A stretch of DNA of 64,000 nucleotides from positions 28,582,001 through 28,646,000 of the forward strand of contig NC_043000.1 in NCBI RefSeq assembly GCF_006345805.1, in the 5' to 3' direction. Below, piece after piece: positions 40,064 to 51,089 of this stretch (position 1 is the stretch's first letter; each line of letters begins with the position of its first letter). This DNA comes from Octopus sinensis. Its lineage: Eukaryota. Below the pieces are notes generated by a model that was not told where the DNA came from, searched no databases, and saw nothing but the letters and a program-made list of their open reading frames with translations. A program made the translations under genes and the position numbers.

Positions 40064-40384
40064 TATGATAGAGATATTATATATTCATAAATATTTGAAA
40101 TGTAAATAAAAAGAATGGTGTTTACTGTGTTGATAGGAAAAAAAGAGAGTATAAAGTTTCTAATGGAGGCGGAGGTCTTCATCAGGAAAGACAGAAAGAT
40201 GATGAAAGCAATCAGTGGAATTCTGTAACTATGTGTATTACAAAGTAAGCTACTAAAAGTTGTATAACTAACTGCATGATAAACTGTATGTCTATGAGTT
40301 TCAGCGATTGAAATAATGAAAGTTGTATAACAACCGTATGAAAGAATTATGGTAAAATGACAGTGTTGTATTTCGTTTTTGGAT

Positions 40385-40630
40385 TCGGTTTGCAAGATTC
40401 TTATATGATTTCGTGTGTTGAAGCATATTCTGTTGCGTCTAGGAAGAGTCATTTTCTTTTTTGTCTTACAATGTAACACACTCACCGGTAAAATTCCCAC
40501 TTTTTTTCTTATTTTTATTTTCCTAAAATTTTCTTTGCGTCTTGCCACCTTTTCAATAGTATTGACTCTGTCCGTTATTTACACTCAGCGTAAATAACAA
40601 AAAGAAAATGACTCTCCCCAGACACAACAG
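40385..40630. mobile_element. Repeat F with a short terminal inverted segment
   Basis: Homologous to 59715-60030; 40599-40630 is the reverse complement of the CTGTTG...TTTTCTTTT segment starting at 40430. Confidence 0.7.
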
Positions 40631-41249
40631 ACAGTGTTGTAGTTTGAAAGAATCGATGACTAGACAGATATCTGGCTGGCCATTTTTATTTTTTGTCGAC
40701 GGTATTGCAGAGATAGTAATTTAACCATCTCTGCAAGTGCCTAGCCTCGAGTATAACTGCTACCTCCCCACTTAAGGCTATGCCATGAAAGGAAAACAAG
40801 TCAATATATTCGCAGCATCTCTTGAGCAACAGACGATACCAGATAATTGTTAAGTAAGTATAACCGTAAATATTTGTCCGAAGGTTCCTCCTTCTGGATT
40901 TTCTGCAGGAATTTACTCTCTTAATCTTTTTAAACGCACAAAAAATTATCTCACAAGACAGTAGAGGTTTATTATTATCATTGGCATGGATTCATCTGCA
41001 GAATCAATCCCACTCCCTTTCATTCTTCAAACATGTATTGGTCTGGTGCTACAACTACCAGGAGCCAAATAGTTTTCAGAATTGAGGATTTGTACAGAGG
41101 TACCATTCGTATTAAGAGCAGCTAAAGCGCTGAAAGGCCATATCAGCCCCTTGTTTCGTTGTGAGCCTATGATTGACCTGCTTCCGGTAATTTACAAGTT
41201 TTAAATACACTTTGTGATTTTGTAATCTGAGATTCGCGATTTTTATAGG

Positions 41250-41626
41250 GAGGAAATGTAACGGTTCTTCGAGAGTTTCTAGGACATACAAACCAGACCA
41301 TAAAAGCTAATCAACCAGATGTTGTTATGAAAGATCAAAACAATAAAATCTGTTTATTGATTGGCATGAGCATACCTAGTTATCATAATATCTTGCAAAA
41401 GAATTTGATAAGCTCAGAAAATATAAAGATTTGCTGATTAAAATCGAAAAAAATGTGGCATCTAAAGACGGCTACAATGCCGATGGTTGTAGAAGCATTT
41501 GCAATGATGAAAGAACGAACTGAAAATTATTTGAGGATGATACCTGGCTTATCATCCATGGAAGAAGTGCAAGAAATTGTTTTAACTGCTATGCCTCTCG
41601 TACTGAGAAGAACATTATCGCTGTGA
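41250..41626 (+). mobile_element. Dong/R4-clade LINE RLE 3' fragment (old)
   Basis: HTNQTIKANQPDVVMKDQNNKICLLIGMSIP...KEFDKLRKYKDL.IKIEKMWHLKT...EVQEIVL...VLRRTLSL*. Confidence 0.8.
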
Positions 41627-41880
41627 TTTTTTTTCTTTTTACCCTTTATTTTCTGTGCGTTTTGTTTTCATTTGCTTTTTTATTTTTGAATGTTTTCTCC
41701 TTTTTCTTTCTTTCATTCTTTCTTTCTTCCTTTCCTTCTTCCACTCTTATTTTCTCTCAAATGACTTTCTTAATGAACAATCTGGTGTATTTATTTTATT
41801 GGCCAACCAATCTATACAGCGAGTTACTTTGTCCCAGGTGTCGAGAAGACACACGGTAAGAAATGGAAACAAAATTAAAA

Positions 41881-42280
41881 GAGGAGTGGCTGTGTGGTAA
41901 GTAACTTGCTTACGAACCACATGGTTCCGGGTTCAGTCCATCTGCGTGGCACCTTGGCACCAAGTGTCCTCTACTATAGCCTTGAGCCGACCAAAGCCTT
42001 GTGAGTGGATTTGATAGACGGAAACTGAAATAAGCCCGTCGTATATATGTATATAGATATGTATGTGTGTGTGTGTTTGTGTGTCTGTGTTTGTACTCCG
42101 AACATCGCTCGACAACCGATGCTGGTGTGTAACTAACTTATCGCTTCGGCAAAAGCGAGCGATAGAATAAGTACTAAGCTTACAAAGAATAAGTCCTGGG
42201 GTCGATTTGCTCGACTAAAGGCGGTGCTCCAGCATGACCACAGTCAAATGACTGAAACAAGTAAAAGAGTAAAGAGTAAA
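41881..42280 (+). mobile_element. SINE family B, full length
   Basis: Match to family B. Confidence 0.92.
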
Positions 42281-42299
42281 GAGGATAATAATAATACTG

Positions 42300-42334
<35 letters not shown>

Positions 42335-42382
42335 AATAATAATATAATAATAATAATAATAATAACAATAATAATAATAATG

Positions 42383-42445
<63 letters not shown>

Positions 42446-42446
<1 letters not shown>

Positions 42447-42998
42447 AGTGGAAACTATGCCAACATTATGAAATAACAACAGAAAAAAGATGGTATAGGC
42501 ACACACCAGAAAATGTCACAGAAAACGAGAAAGCAACCATACTCTGGGATATACCAATACACACAGATAGAGAAATTAAGGCCAACAGACCAGATATAGT
42601 TGTCAGAGATCATGAAGAAAAAAGATGTTTCCTAAATGATGTATCAATACCAGCGGATGACAACGTGTCTCTAAAAGAAATGGAGAAACTCTCAAAATAC
42701 AAAGACCTGGAAATAGAGGTAACCAGAATGTGGAATCTAAAAACAGAAACAATTCCTATCATAATAGATGCATTAGGCATGATAAAAAAATATTCAGACA
42801 AATACATAACAAAAACATCAGGACTTACAAACACATATAACATACAGAAAATTGCACTACTAGGCACTGCACACATCCTACGCAGAACACTTTCCAGACA
42901 ATAACCATCAGAGCATCACAACAAATCACAGCACATACCCAAGGCACACAGAGCTGCGCTCGGTAGTGAAGTGAAAGCACGCTATAAAAATAAAACTA
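42446..42998 (+). mobile_element. 5'-truncated Dong/R4-clade LINE 3' end (RLE domain, stop at 42904, short 3' UTR)
   Basis: WKLCQHY...ENEKATILWDIPIHTDREIKANRPDIVVRD...DVSIP...KLSKYKDLEIEVTRMW...QKIALLGTAHILRRTLS; RPD..D and KxxKY motifs; preceded by (AAT)n. Confidence 0.9.
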
Positions 42999-42999
42999 C

Positions 43000-43285
43000 T
43001 GAAGAAGAAGAAGAAGAAGAAGAAGAAAGAAGAAAGAAGAAGAAGAAAGAGAGAAGAAGAAGAAGAAGAAGAAAAGAGAAGAAGAAAGAAGAAGAGAAGA
43101 AGAAGAAAGAAGAGAAGAAGAGAAGAAGAAGAAGAAAGAAGAAGAAGAAGAAGAAGAAGAAGAAGAAGGAAAGAAGAAAGAAGAAGAAGAAGAAGAAGAG
43201 AAGAAGAAGAAGAAAGAAGAAGAAGAGAAGAATAGAAGAAGAAGAAGAAGAAGAAGAAGAAGAGAAAAGAAGAAGAAGAAGAAGA
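43000..43285. repeat. Degenerate (GAA)n tract
   Basis: Direct inspection; source of the Lys/Arg/Glu ORF 42971..43330. Confidence 0.95.
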
Positions 43286-43600
43286 ATTGCAACTCTATGG
43301 AAAAAAAATCATCTGAGCATTAGTAAATAACGAAATCTCTGAAGGCCCTAGAATATTTGAGACATACTATATTATTATTACTATAATACAGAGAAAAGAA
43401 AAAAGTAGTGGTAAAATCTCGAACAGTTTAAAGTGTATAGGAAACCATTAGAGAGCTGACAAAATAACGCTGACAGTGAATAATTCGGAGCGAAACTTGC
43501 AATAAGATAGTGATCATTGGTAACGTTCTATAATTATATATCATTGAGTGCTTGTTTGTAGATATAAATGGGCTGGTAGGTTTAAAGCTGTATGTGTGTG

Positions 43601-43636
<36 letters not shown>

Positions 43637-43828
43637 CGTGCGTGTATATGTGTGTGTGTGTGTGTGTGTTTGTAAGTACATACGTATATATAGTTAGACG
43701 TATAGATAGAAAATAAGTAGGTAGATAGGCAGACAATTAGAGAGGAGAAAAGATATATGTATTTATATATATAAATATATATATATGTGTGTGTGTATCT
43801 ATGAATATATACATATATATATATATAC

Positions 43829-43871
<43 letters not shown>

Positions 43872-44042
43872 CATATATATATATATATGTATGTATATAT
43901 ATATGTATGTACGTATGTATGTATGTATGTATGTATGTACGTGTGTTTAAATGTGTGAATGTATATATATATATATACATACATATATATATATATGTGT
44001 ATAATAATATCTATATATATATAGAGAGAGAGAGAGAGAGAA

Positions 44043-44077
<35 letters not shown>

Positions 44078-44113
44078 TGGGTGTGTGTGTATCGATATAT
44101 ATATATACACACA

Positions 44114-44159
<46 letters not shown>

Positions 44160-44587
44160 TATTCCTGTATTAATGTATATCTGTATGTATGCATGTATAT
44201 ATGTACGTATGTGTGAATGTATGTATTTTAGGAGACATGATAAGAGCTAAGATCACTGAACATCAAAAGATAATTCTAGGAATCCATTACTAGCAGAAGT
44301 CATCACTTCGACAACACTATCAAGAAGTCATTAAAATGGCATACGACAACGAAAAACAACAAATTATTCCCGAGATGACTATGGGAAGTAAAGCGTTTGA
44401 AATGATACTTTAAAAGGCACACGATCTTAACAAAATAGGTTATCATATACGTTCATTGAAACGTTCTTACATACATGCATACATATATATATATATAAAT
44501 ATATATTATACATACATACAATGTATATATGTATATATATATATATATTATATTATATATAATATATATATATATTGTTTGTGTGAG

Positions 44588-44639
44588 TGTGTGTAGTGGC
44601 TTACGATCTATCATGGCGACCATGATATATTATATATAT

Positions 44640-44678
<39 letters not shown>

Positions 44679-44712
44679 CATGGTCGCCATGATAGATCGT
44701 AAGCCAATACAC
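44588..44712. repeat. ~40-bp inverted repeat around a (TA)n spacer
   Basis: GTGTGTAGTGGCTTACGATCTATCATGGCGACCATGATATA versus TATATCATGGTCGCCATGATAGATCGTAAGCCAATACACAC (one mismatch). Confidence 0.9.
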
Positions 44713-44840
44713 ACATTTTTTCTCTCCTTGTTTCTCTCCTTGTTTTTCCGTGTCCCTTTCTGTAGAAGAGCGTAGACTCGAAATGTAAAAGACTTTCTCT
44801 ATCCTGTCTTCGTCTTTGGTTTTTCGTAAACTCTCCCTAT
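44673..44840 (+). mobile_element. Penelope-like family P2 copy with hammerhead-like motif 44756-44791
   Basis: CTTT CTGTAGA A GAGC-GTAG-ACTC GAAAT GTA AAAG; internal deletion relative to 36190-36415. Confidence 0.55.
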
Positions 44841-45278
44841 GTTTTTTAGTAACACCTACGCTAATTCTATAAAAGAAGCTGTCAATATAAATATTCTCCT
44901 GAATTGAACTGAGACTGCCAGCCGCCACGACATTCAAAATACGACCATCAGGGCACTCCCAGATTCTCCCACCCACTTTCCTCACAGCCTCTCTCTACTA
45001 CCTACAAGAGCTCAAACTACCTCGAACACACAAGTGCAAACAAGGGAGTCAGAGAAAGGCAGAATGCCACTAAATCTAACTCTACTATAGGAATATTCTT
45101 TTAAAAAAACTTTCTTCTAATTTTTCAATTTAATTATTTAATCGTTACAGTTAAAAGGTCTCAAAATGACCGAAAACCGGTACTGAATGTTCACTATAAA
45201 TTTTTTAGCCATTTTCTATTTTTTACTTGTTTTTTATATATATCAACTCTGTGTGTTCCTTTTACCCTTATACATATA

Positions 45279-45322
<44 letters not shown>

Positions 45323-45381
45323 GATATATACATACATAAAAACATACATACATATATATTCACACTTACATACATATATAA

Positions 45382-45588
45382 ACACGACGGGGTGCTGAAA
45401 GTTTCCTGTCTTAAAGGGTGACACGAAAGGCCAAGTAAGAGTCCCACCTTCCGAGTTCCTTTAATGAAAGACCGCTGCAATAATTGTGTGAAACTGAGTG
45501 AGGAATATATTGAAAAGAATCATAGTCCACTGGTCCTCCTGTATTTTCTTTTACCGAAAGTGAGGAATTTTAAAGCACCCCCTCGTGT
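45382..45588 (+). mobile_element. Internally deleted mariner derivative
   Basis: Imperfect TIRs ACACGACGGGGTGCTGAAAGTTTCCT / AGGAATTTTAAAGCACCCCCTCGTGT; internal DRCNNCVKLSEEYIEK resembles the mariner transposase C-terminus. Confidence 0.7.
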
Positions 45589-45599
45589 GTATGCACATA

Positions 45600-45995
45600 T
45601 AGGCACAGGCGTGGCTGTGTGGTAAGAAGCTTGCTTCCTAACCACTTGGTTCCGGGTTTAGTCCCACTGCATCGCACATTGGGCAAATGTCTTCCACTAT
45701 ACACTCGGTCTGAACAAAGCCCTATGAGTGGATATGCTAGACCGAAATTGAAGGAAGTCGGTCGTATATGTGTGTGTATGTGTGTGTATATGTGTCTGTC
45801 TTTGTCACCCACTATCACTTGACAACCGATATTAGTGCATTTCCCTCCCTGTAACTAAGCGGTTCGGCAAAACAGACCGTTAGAATAACCATTACACTTA
45901 CAAGAAATAAGTCGCGCGATCGATTTGTTCGACTGAAGGCAATACTTTAGCATGGCTGCGGTCAAATGACTGAAACAAGTAAAAGAAGAAAAGAA
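45600..45995 (+). mobile_element. SINE family B (diverged)
   Basis: Match to family B. Confidence 0.88.
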
Positions 45996-46443
45996 TAAAG
46001 AATATATATATATATATTATAATATATATAATATATATATATAATATATAATATAATAATAAAGATCTGAGCGAGGTATAAACAGTAACTGCTCTATAAT
46101 ATAAGCGGGATCAGCCATCTGAATGTGGCTAGGGACAGGGCGGGGTGGTGGGGGTGTTACTGATGCATTTAGTCCCAGGCGTGATGGTGTCGGCTCTTCT
46201 GGTGACGTCGATAGTCGCCTGGGGCTAAATGCATCAGTAACACCCCCACCACCCCGCCCTGTCCCTAGCCACATTCAGATGGCTGATCCGCTTATATTAT
46301 AGAGCAGTTACTGTTTATACCTCGCTCAGAGATTTATTATTGTTATCGAACGGATTTTCTACGCCAGTGACTGTGGTTACTGTGAAAATCTATATATATC
46401 TGGCCTGTACAGGAAGTCCCTCAGCGAAGAGAACGGCGCTTGC

Positions 46444-46486
46444 CATGCGCTGACAAGAAGCAAATACCTCGAAACCGGTCCGTGTG
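46444..46486 (+). ncRNA. Type I hammerhead ribozyme-like motif, unit 1
   Basis: CATGCG CTGACAA GAAG-CAAATA-CCTC GAAAC CG GTC CGTGTG; 6-bp stem I with two G-U, palindromic ACCGGT stem III, GUC site; G8 is A. Confidence 0.65.
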
Positions 46487-46797
46487 TAGCATTCGTATCT
46501 TCGGTGAGGCTGATCTCCTTTGCAGGCTAGCAAGGACACCGTGATGGTGTCGGCTCTTCTGGTGACGTCGATAGTCGCCTGGGGCTAAATGCATCAGTAA
46601 CACCCCTACCACCCCGCCCTGTCCTAGCCAATTCAGATGGCTGATCCCGTTATATATAGAGCAGTTACTGTTTATACCTCGCTCAGAGATTTATTATTGT
46701 TATCGAACGGATTTTCTACGCCAGTGACTGTGGTTACTGTGAAAATCTATATATATCTGGCCTGTACAGGAAGTCCTCAGCGAAGAACGGCGCTTGC

Positions 46798-46840
46798 CAT
46801 GCGATGACAAGAGGCAAATACCTCGAAACCGGTCCGTGTG
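46798..46840 (+). ncRNA. Type I hammerhead ribozyme-like motif, unit 2
   Basis: CATGCG ATGACAA GAGG-CAAATA-CCTC GAAAC CG GTC CGTGTG; perfect GAGG/CCTC stem II; C3 is A and G8 is A. Confidence 0.6.
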
Positions 46841-47005
46841 TAGCATCCGTATCTTCGGTGAGGCTGATCTCCCTTTGCAGGCTAGCAAGGACACCGTGAT
46901 GGTGTCGGCTTTCTGGTGACGTCGATAGTCGCTGGGGCTAAATGCATCAGTAACACCCCCTACACCCCGCCCTGTCCCTAGCCACATTTGATGGCTGATC
47001 CCGCT

Positions 47006-47044
<39 letters not shown>

Positions 47045-47319
47045 TATATAATATATATATATATTAGAAGAAATGAGGTACTAAGGAATCCGGATGGTTT
47101 TATATTACAGATATATGTTATATGTTTTTATTACATCATATGTCATATATCATATATTAGCACTTTCGTCCATTCTAGTGGAGTCTTCAAATCGATCTAA
47201 GTTTTTGCAGGAATTTTGACTCTTTTTATAGTATTATTGAGTGTGCAGTGGTGGGGAGAGATATAAGATAGTACAAGAGGATGATGAATGGGGAGAAAGT
47301 GATAGAGAGCATGTGTGTG

Positions 47320-48050
47320 AGAGCGTGTGTGTGTGTGTTTTTTTGTAACTGAAAGTAATGTAAAAAAAAAGGAGGAAAGGAAGAAAAGGGAGAGAAAGAA
47401 GAAAAATTTTTGTTGGTCTCTTTGTAGCTGGTTAGGTTGTCAATAATAATTGATTCTTCGCTTTTGGTAATGGCAAAATCAGCTGTTTACTCCAAGGTGG
47501 GCAAAATGTCACTTTTCAATATATTGTCTGGATTTCCTCTTGTGAGAAAGTGTGTGTGTAATTGTACGTGTGTGTGTGTCTACATGTGTGTGTGTTTTTG
47601 GATCTGAAAAGAGTGTTAGAGAAAAAGAGAGAAGGAAAGGAAGAAGGAGAGAAAGAAGGAAAAAATTTTGTTGATATCTTTGCAGTTTGTCTTTTAGCAA
47701 TGGTAAATCAAGCTGGTCGCTCCAAGGGAAGGGGGGGCAAAATCTCACTTTTTCAAAAAATTGCCTGGATTTCCTTTTTATCATTCTTGTGAAAGGGTGT
47801 GTATGTGTGTATGTGTGTGTGGGGGGGTGTCTGCGTGTCTGAAAGGAGTGTTAAGTGGGAAAGGGGAATAAAAGGAAGGAGGAGGAGAGAGAGGGAATAA
47901 AAGTGTGTTTATATTTTTGCAACTGGTCAGTAAATGATTTTTCGCTTTTAGAAATTGGCAAACTTACCTGGCCACTTCAAGGGGGGGGGGGTAAAATGTC
48001 ACTTTTCATAAAATTGTCTGAGTTTCTTTTTATCATTGTTTTGTGAGTGT
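47320..48050 (+). repeat. Old tandem triplication of a ~240-250-bp unit
   Basis: Recurring order (GT)n - CTGAAA - purine tract - ...CCAAGG/TCAAGG..G-run..AAAAT(G/C)TCACTTTT(T)CA - TTG(T/C)CTG - TTGTGA at ~47505, ~47740 and ~47995. Confidence 0.7.
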
Positions 48051-48914
48051 GTGTGTGCGTGCGTGTGTGTGTATGTGCGTATGTGTGTTGGTGCACATGT
48101 GTGTACGTATATGCATATATACATATCCTTATATATATACATATATATTTATGGATATATACAATTGCAGCGTGGAAGGTGTTTATAAGCCATTTAAGAA
48201 ACACACAAAAGCCGTTCGATTCACTTCAACATTTAAGTTTAATTTGTCAAAGTATTTTCGTCGCTAAAATCCGCGACCTGTTCACTGACAAAAATCCGTG
48301 CTGCATCTTGAAAGAAGCAGGTGTTATTCAAATCTTCATACTTCCTACATATATAATGATTCATATTTCCTATACCATAAACCTTCCACTAATTTAAAAT
48401 ATATTAGCTCTTTCAGTAATCATTAAAAGGCTATTACAAGCAATTTAAGTAAAAATATTTCACTTTCTAGATTATCTGCCAATGTTGATATCTTCAACGA
48501 TAAAGCCGAATTTTTGTTGAACCTCCTCTACATCAATTGCTCGATTTGGCTTGGCAAAAGGATGCATTTTTTGTACTGACACCCAGAAGTATTTAAGTCG
48601 ATTACATTGCCCCCCCCAGTTCCCCAAATGTTATTCATGTTATCGACACCGAAAGATCGAAATGCAGAGTCGGCCTTGTGGTTTATCTAACAACAGAGAA
48701 CTTCCCTCCATCGATGCATTTCGTATTATGCTAATGCATATGTTAACTGAATCATTTGCATCGTTCTATTTACCCAATATATTGCATGCTTCACTTTGAT
48801 ATGCATCGATCTTTCCATGGATTCCCTGATATATGCATACATATATAAATATGTGTGATTGCGCGCGTGCGGGTGCGTGATTGTATGTGTATACACATAC
48901 ACACATATACATAT

Positions 48915-49032
48915 AAGAATAAAATTGATCAAAGGACATACTAAGTATGTCTACTTGATGGAAATAAGAGTTTTGACTGTTATTTCGAGCAGGTAGACAT
49001 ACTTACTATGTCCTTTGATTAATTTTACTCTT
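48915..49032. mobile_element. Palindromic fold-back (~54-bp arms)
   Basis: AAGAATAAAATTGATCAAAGGACATACTAAGTATGTCTACTTG... pairs with ...CAGGTAGACATACTTACTATGTCCTTTGATTAATTTTACTCTT, a few mismatches. Confidence 0.75.
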
Positions 49033-49180
49033 TCAGCTATTTAATGCTTTTTGGGGGCCTGATATCGCCTATATTATTGATTCTGTTATTATCATTGTTA
49101 AATTATAACACTAGATAATAACAGAGTCAATGATATCGTCGCAAATATTTTCTCCTGAATTATTTGCATCATATTGAAAT

Positions 49181-49237
<57 letters not shown>

Positions 49238-49734
49238 TGCGTGTGTGTGTGCGCGCGTGTGTGTGCGTGTGTGTGTGTATGTATGTATTTATATAAACTA
49301 TACATGTATATTTACATATATATATCGAAAATTAAAAATTGAAAATCACAAAGAACAAAAGTCAGAGGAACTTACACATGGACTGTGTTAGCTTGACGCT
49401 CTGTAAAGATAGAAGTAGAAAAAGACAAACAGATATATAACTGGTACGTAGCGGTTCGACAAAAGAGACCGATAAAATAAGTACTAGGCTTAGAAAGAAT
49501 AAATTCTGGGATTGATTTATTGGACTCAAGGTGGTGCTACAGCATGACCGCAGTCAAATGACGGAAACAAGTAAAAGAATAAAAGAATAAAAGAAATAGA
49601 TATACGTATATATATTTTATACATCAAATCCAACACTAAAGAGACACACTAAATGGAGGATAATGTGTAAAAGTTACAGAACAGAAAAACACAAAATAAC
49701 AGCAAAAATCATTCTCCTACATGCAAACTTTGAT

Positions 49735-50146
49735 TCGTATTTCTTTATTGCCCACAAGGGCTAAACATAGAGAGGACAAACAAGGACAGACGAACGGATT
49801 AAGTCGATTATATCGACCCCAGTGCGTAACTGGTATTTAATTTATCGACCCCGAAAGGATGAAAGGCAAATTCGACCTCGGCGGAATTTGAACTCAGAAC
49901 GTAACGGCAGCCGAAATACCTATTTCTATACTACCCACAAGGGGCTAAACACAGAGAGGACAAACAAGGACAGGCAAACGGATTAAGTCGATTACATCGA
50001 CTCCAGTGTGTAACTGGTGCTTATTTAATCGACCCCGAAAGGATAAAAGGCAAAGTCGACCTCGCAGAATTTGAACTCAGAACGTAGCGGCAGACGAAAT
50101 ACGGCTACGCATTTCGCTCGGCGGTCTTACGATTCTGCCAGCTCGC
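49735..50146 (-). mobile_element. SINE family A dimer (head-body-tail1-body-tail1)
   Basis: GAAATACCTATTTC junction at ~49914-49927. Confidence 0.9.
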
Positions 50147-50799
50147 CTACATGCATACTTTGATTGCTCTTACTCGGTAGGCATGTATTTTCTGTGAGTA
50201 GTTATCCTTAGCCTACAACCACATGGGGTATGTTCATATAGCCACTAAAATTCTATCCATTCATATTCATTTTTGTTTTTTCCTCTGAAAGCAATTCGCG
50301 AAGATGTTGATAAGAGCTTTGCCTAACAGGAAATTATCATTTCTTAAGCTTTTCAACCATATATTCTCGCAAAACGTCCAATAAAAATAAATCTAAATTC
50401 ATTAGCAAATATCCGGAAATTCATAATAAACAATAGAAGACCTACCACAAATAGAACATTTCATAGCAAGAATTCAGAATGAAAATTAAACAAAACAAAC
50501 AACTGGCCACATGCACAACAGAACGTCTGATATTAATTGCAGTTGTTCATTACCAATCCACAAAAAATAAATGAAACAAGCAAGAATCAAGCAGACTATG
50601 GAATCAGTTCAATGAGTAAAAGTAACTAATTTGCAAAACAACCTCAGAGCATATCTAGAGACTTGATCGCATCAGTAGTTGCGTACTTCAACTTTAAGCT
50701 TAGATGGTGTATTAGTATGTTCCAAAGTGTCACTCTGCTGGTTACAACTATAACGGTTCCATTTGATTCAATCAACGGAACAGCCTGCTCGTGGAATTT

Positions 50800-51050
50800 A
50801 ACGCACAAGTGGCAGAGTACTCCACAGATACGCAAACCCTTAACGTTGTTCTCAGAGTTTCAACGTGACACAGAATGTGACAAGGCTGGCCCTTTGAATT
50901 ACAGGTGCTAATCAATGTTGCCAGCTCACTGGACTGGAGCAAAATGAAATAAAGTATCTTGCTCAAGGGCACACTGTGCCGCTGGGAATCGAATTTAGGC
51001 CCTTACGATCGCAAGATGAATACCCTAATCACTAAGCCACGCGCCTTCAC
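50800..51050 (-). mobile_element. SINE family C (CORE-like head), internally deleted
   Basis: Reverse-complement match to 56414-56737. Confidence 0.8.
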
Positions 51051-51089
51051 TATTTTCCAAACAGTGCATACGGAAACGCGCTGGCTATG

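Larger units (their letters stand above)
46053..47013 (+). mobile_element. Tandem array of a ~355-360-bp unit (about 2.3 copies) with a 5' fold-back; retrozyme/Penelope-pLTR-like
   Basis: Unit starts GTGATGGTGTCGGCT at 46181, 46541 and 46896; 46053-46181 is the reverse complement of 46216-46342; (TA)n on both flanks. Confidence 0.85.

Noticed and set aside
40150-40190. Hammerhead on the minus strand (CTGATGA...GAAAC)
   Set aside because: No stem II pairing and no GUH site in register.
42224-42904. 226-aa ORF as a host gene
   Set aside because: The N-terminus is a SINE tail plus (AAT)n; the rest is a 5'-truncated Dong/R4 endonuclease with substitutions in conserved positions.
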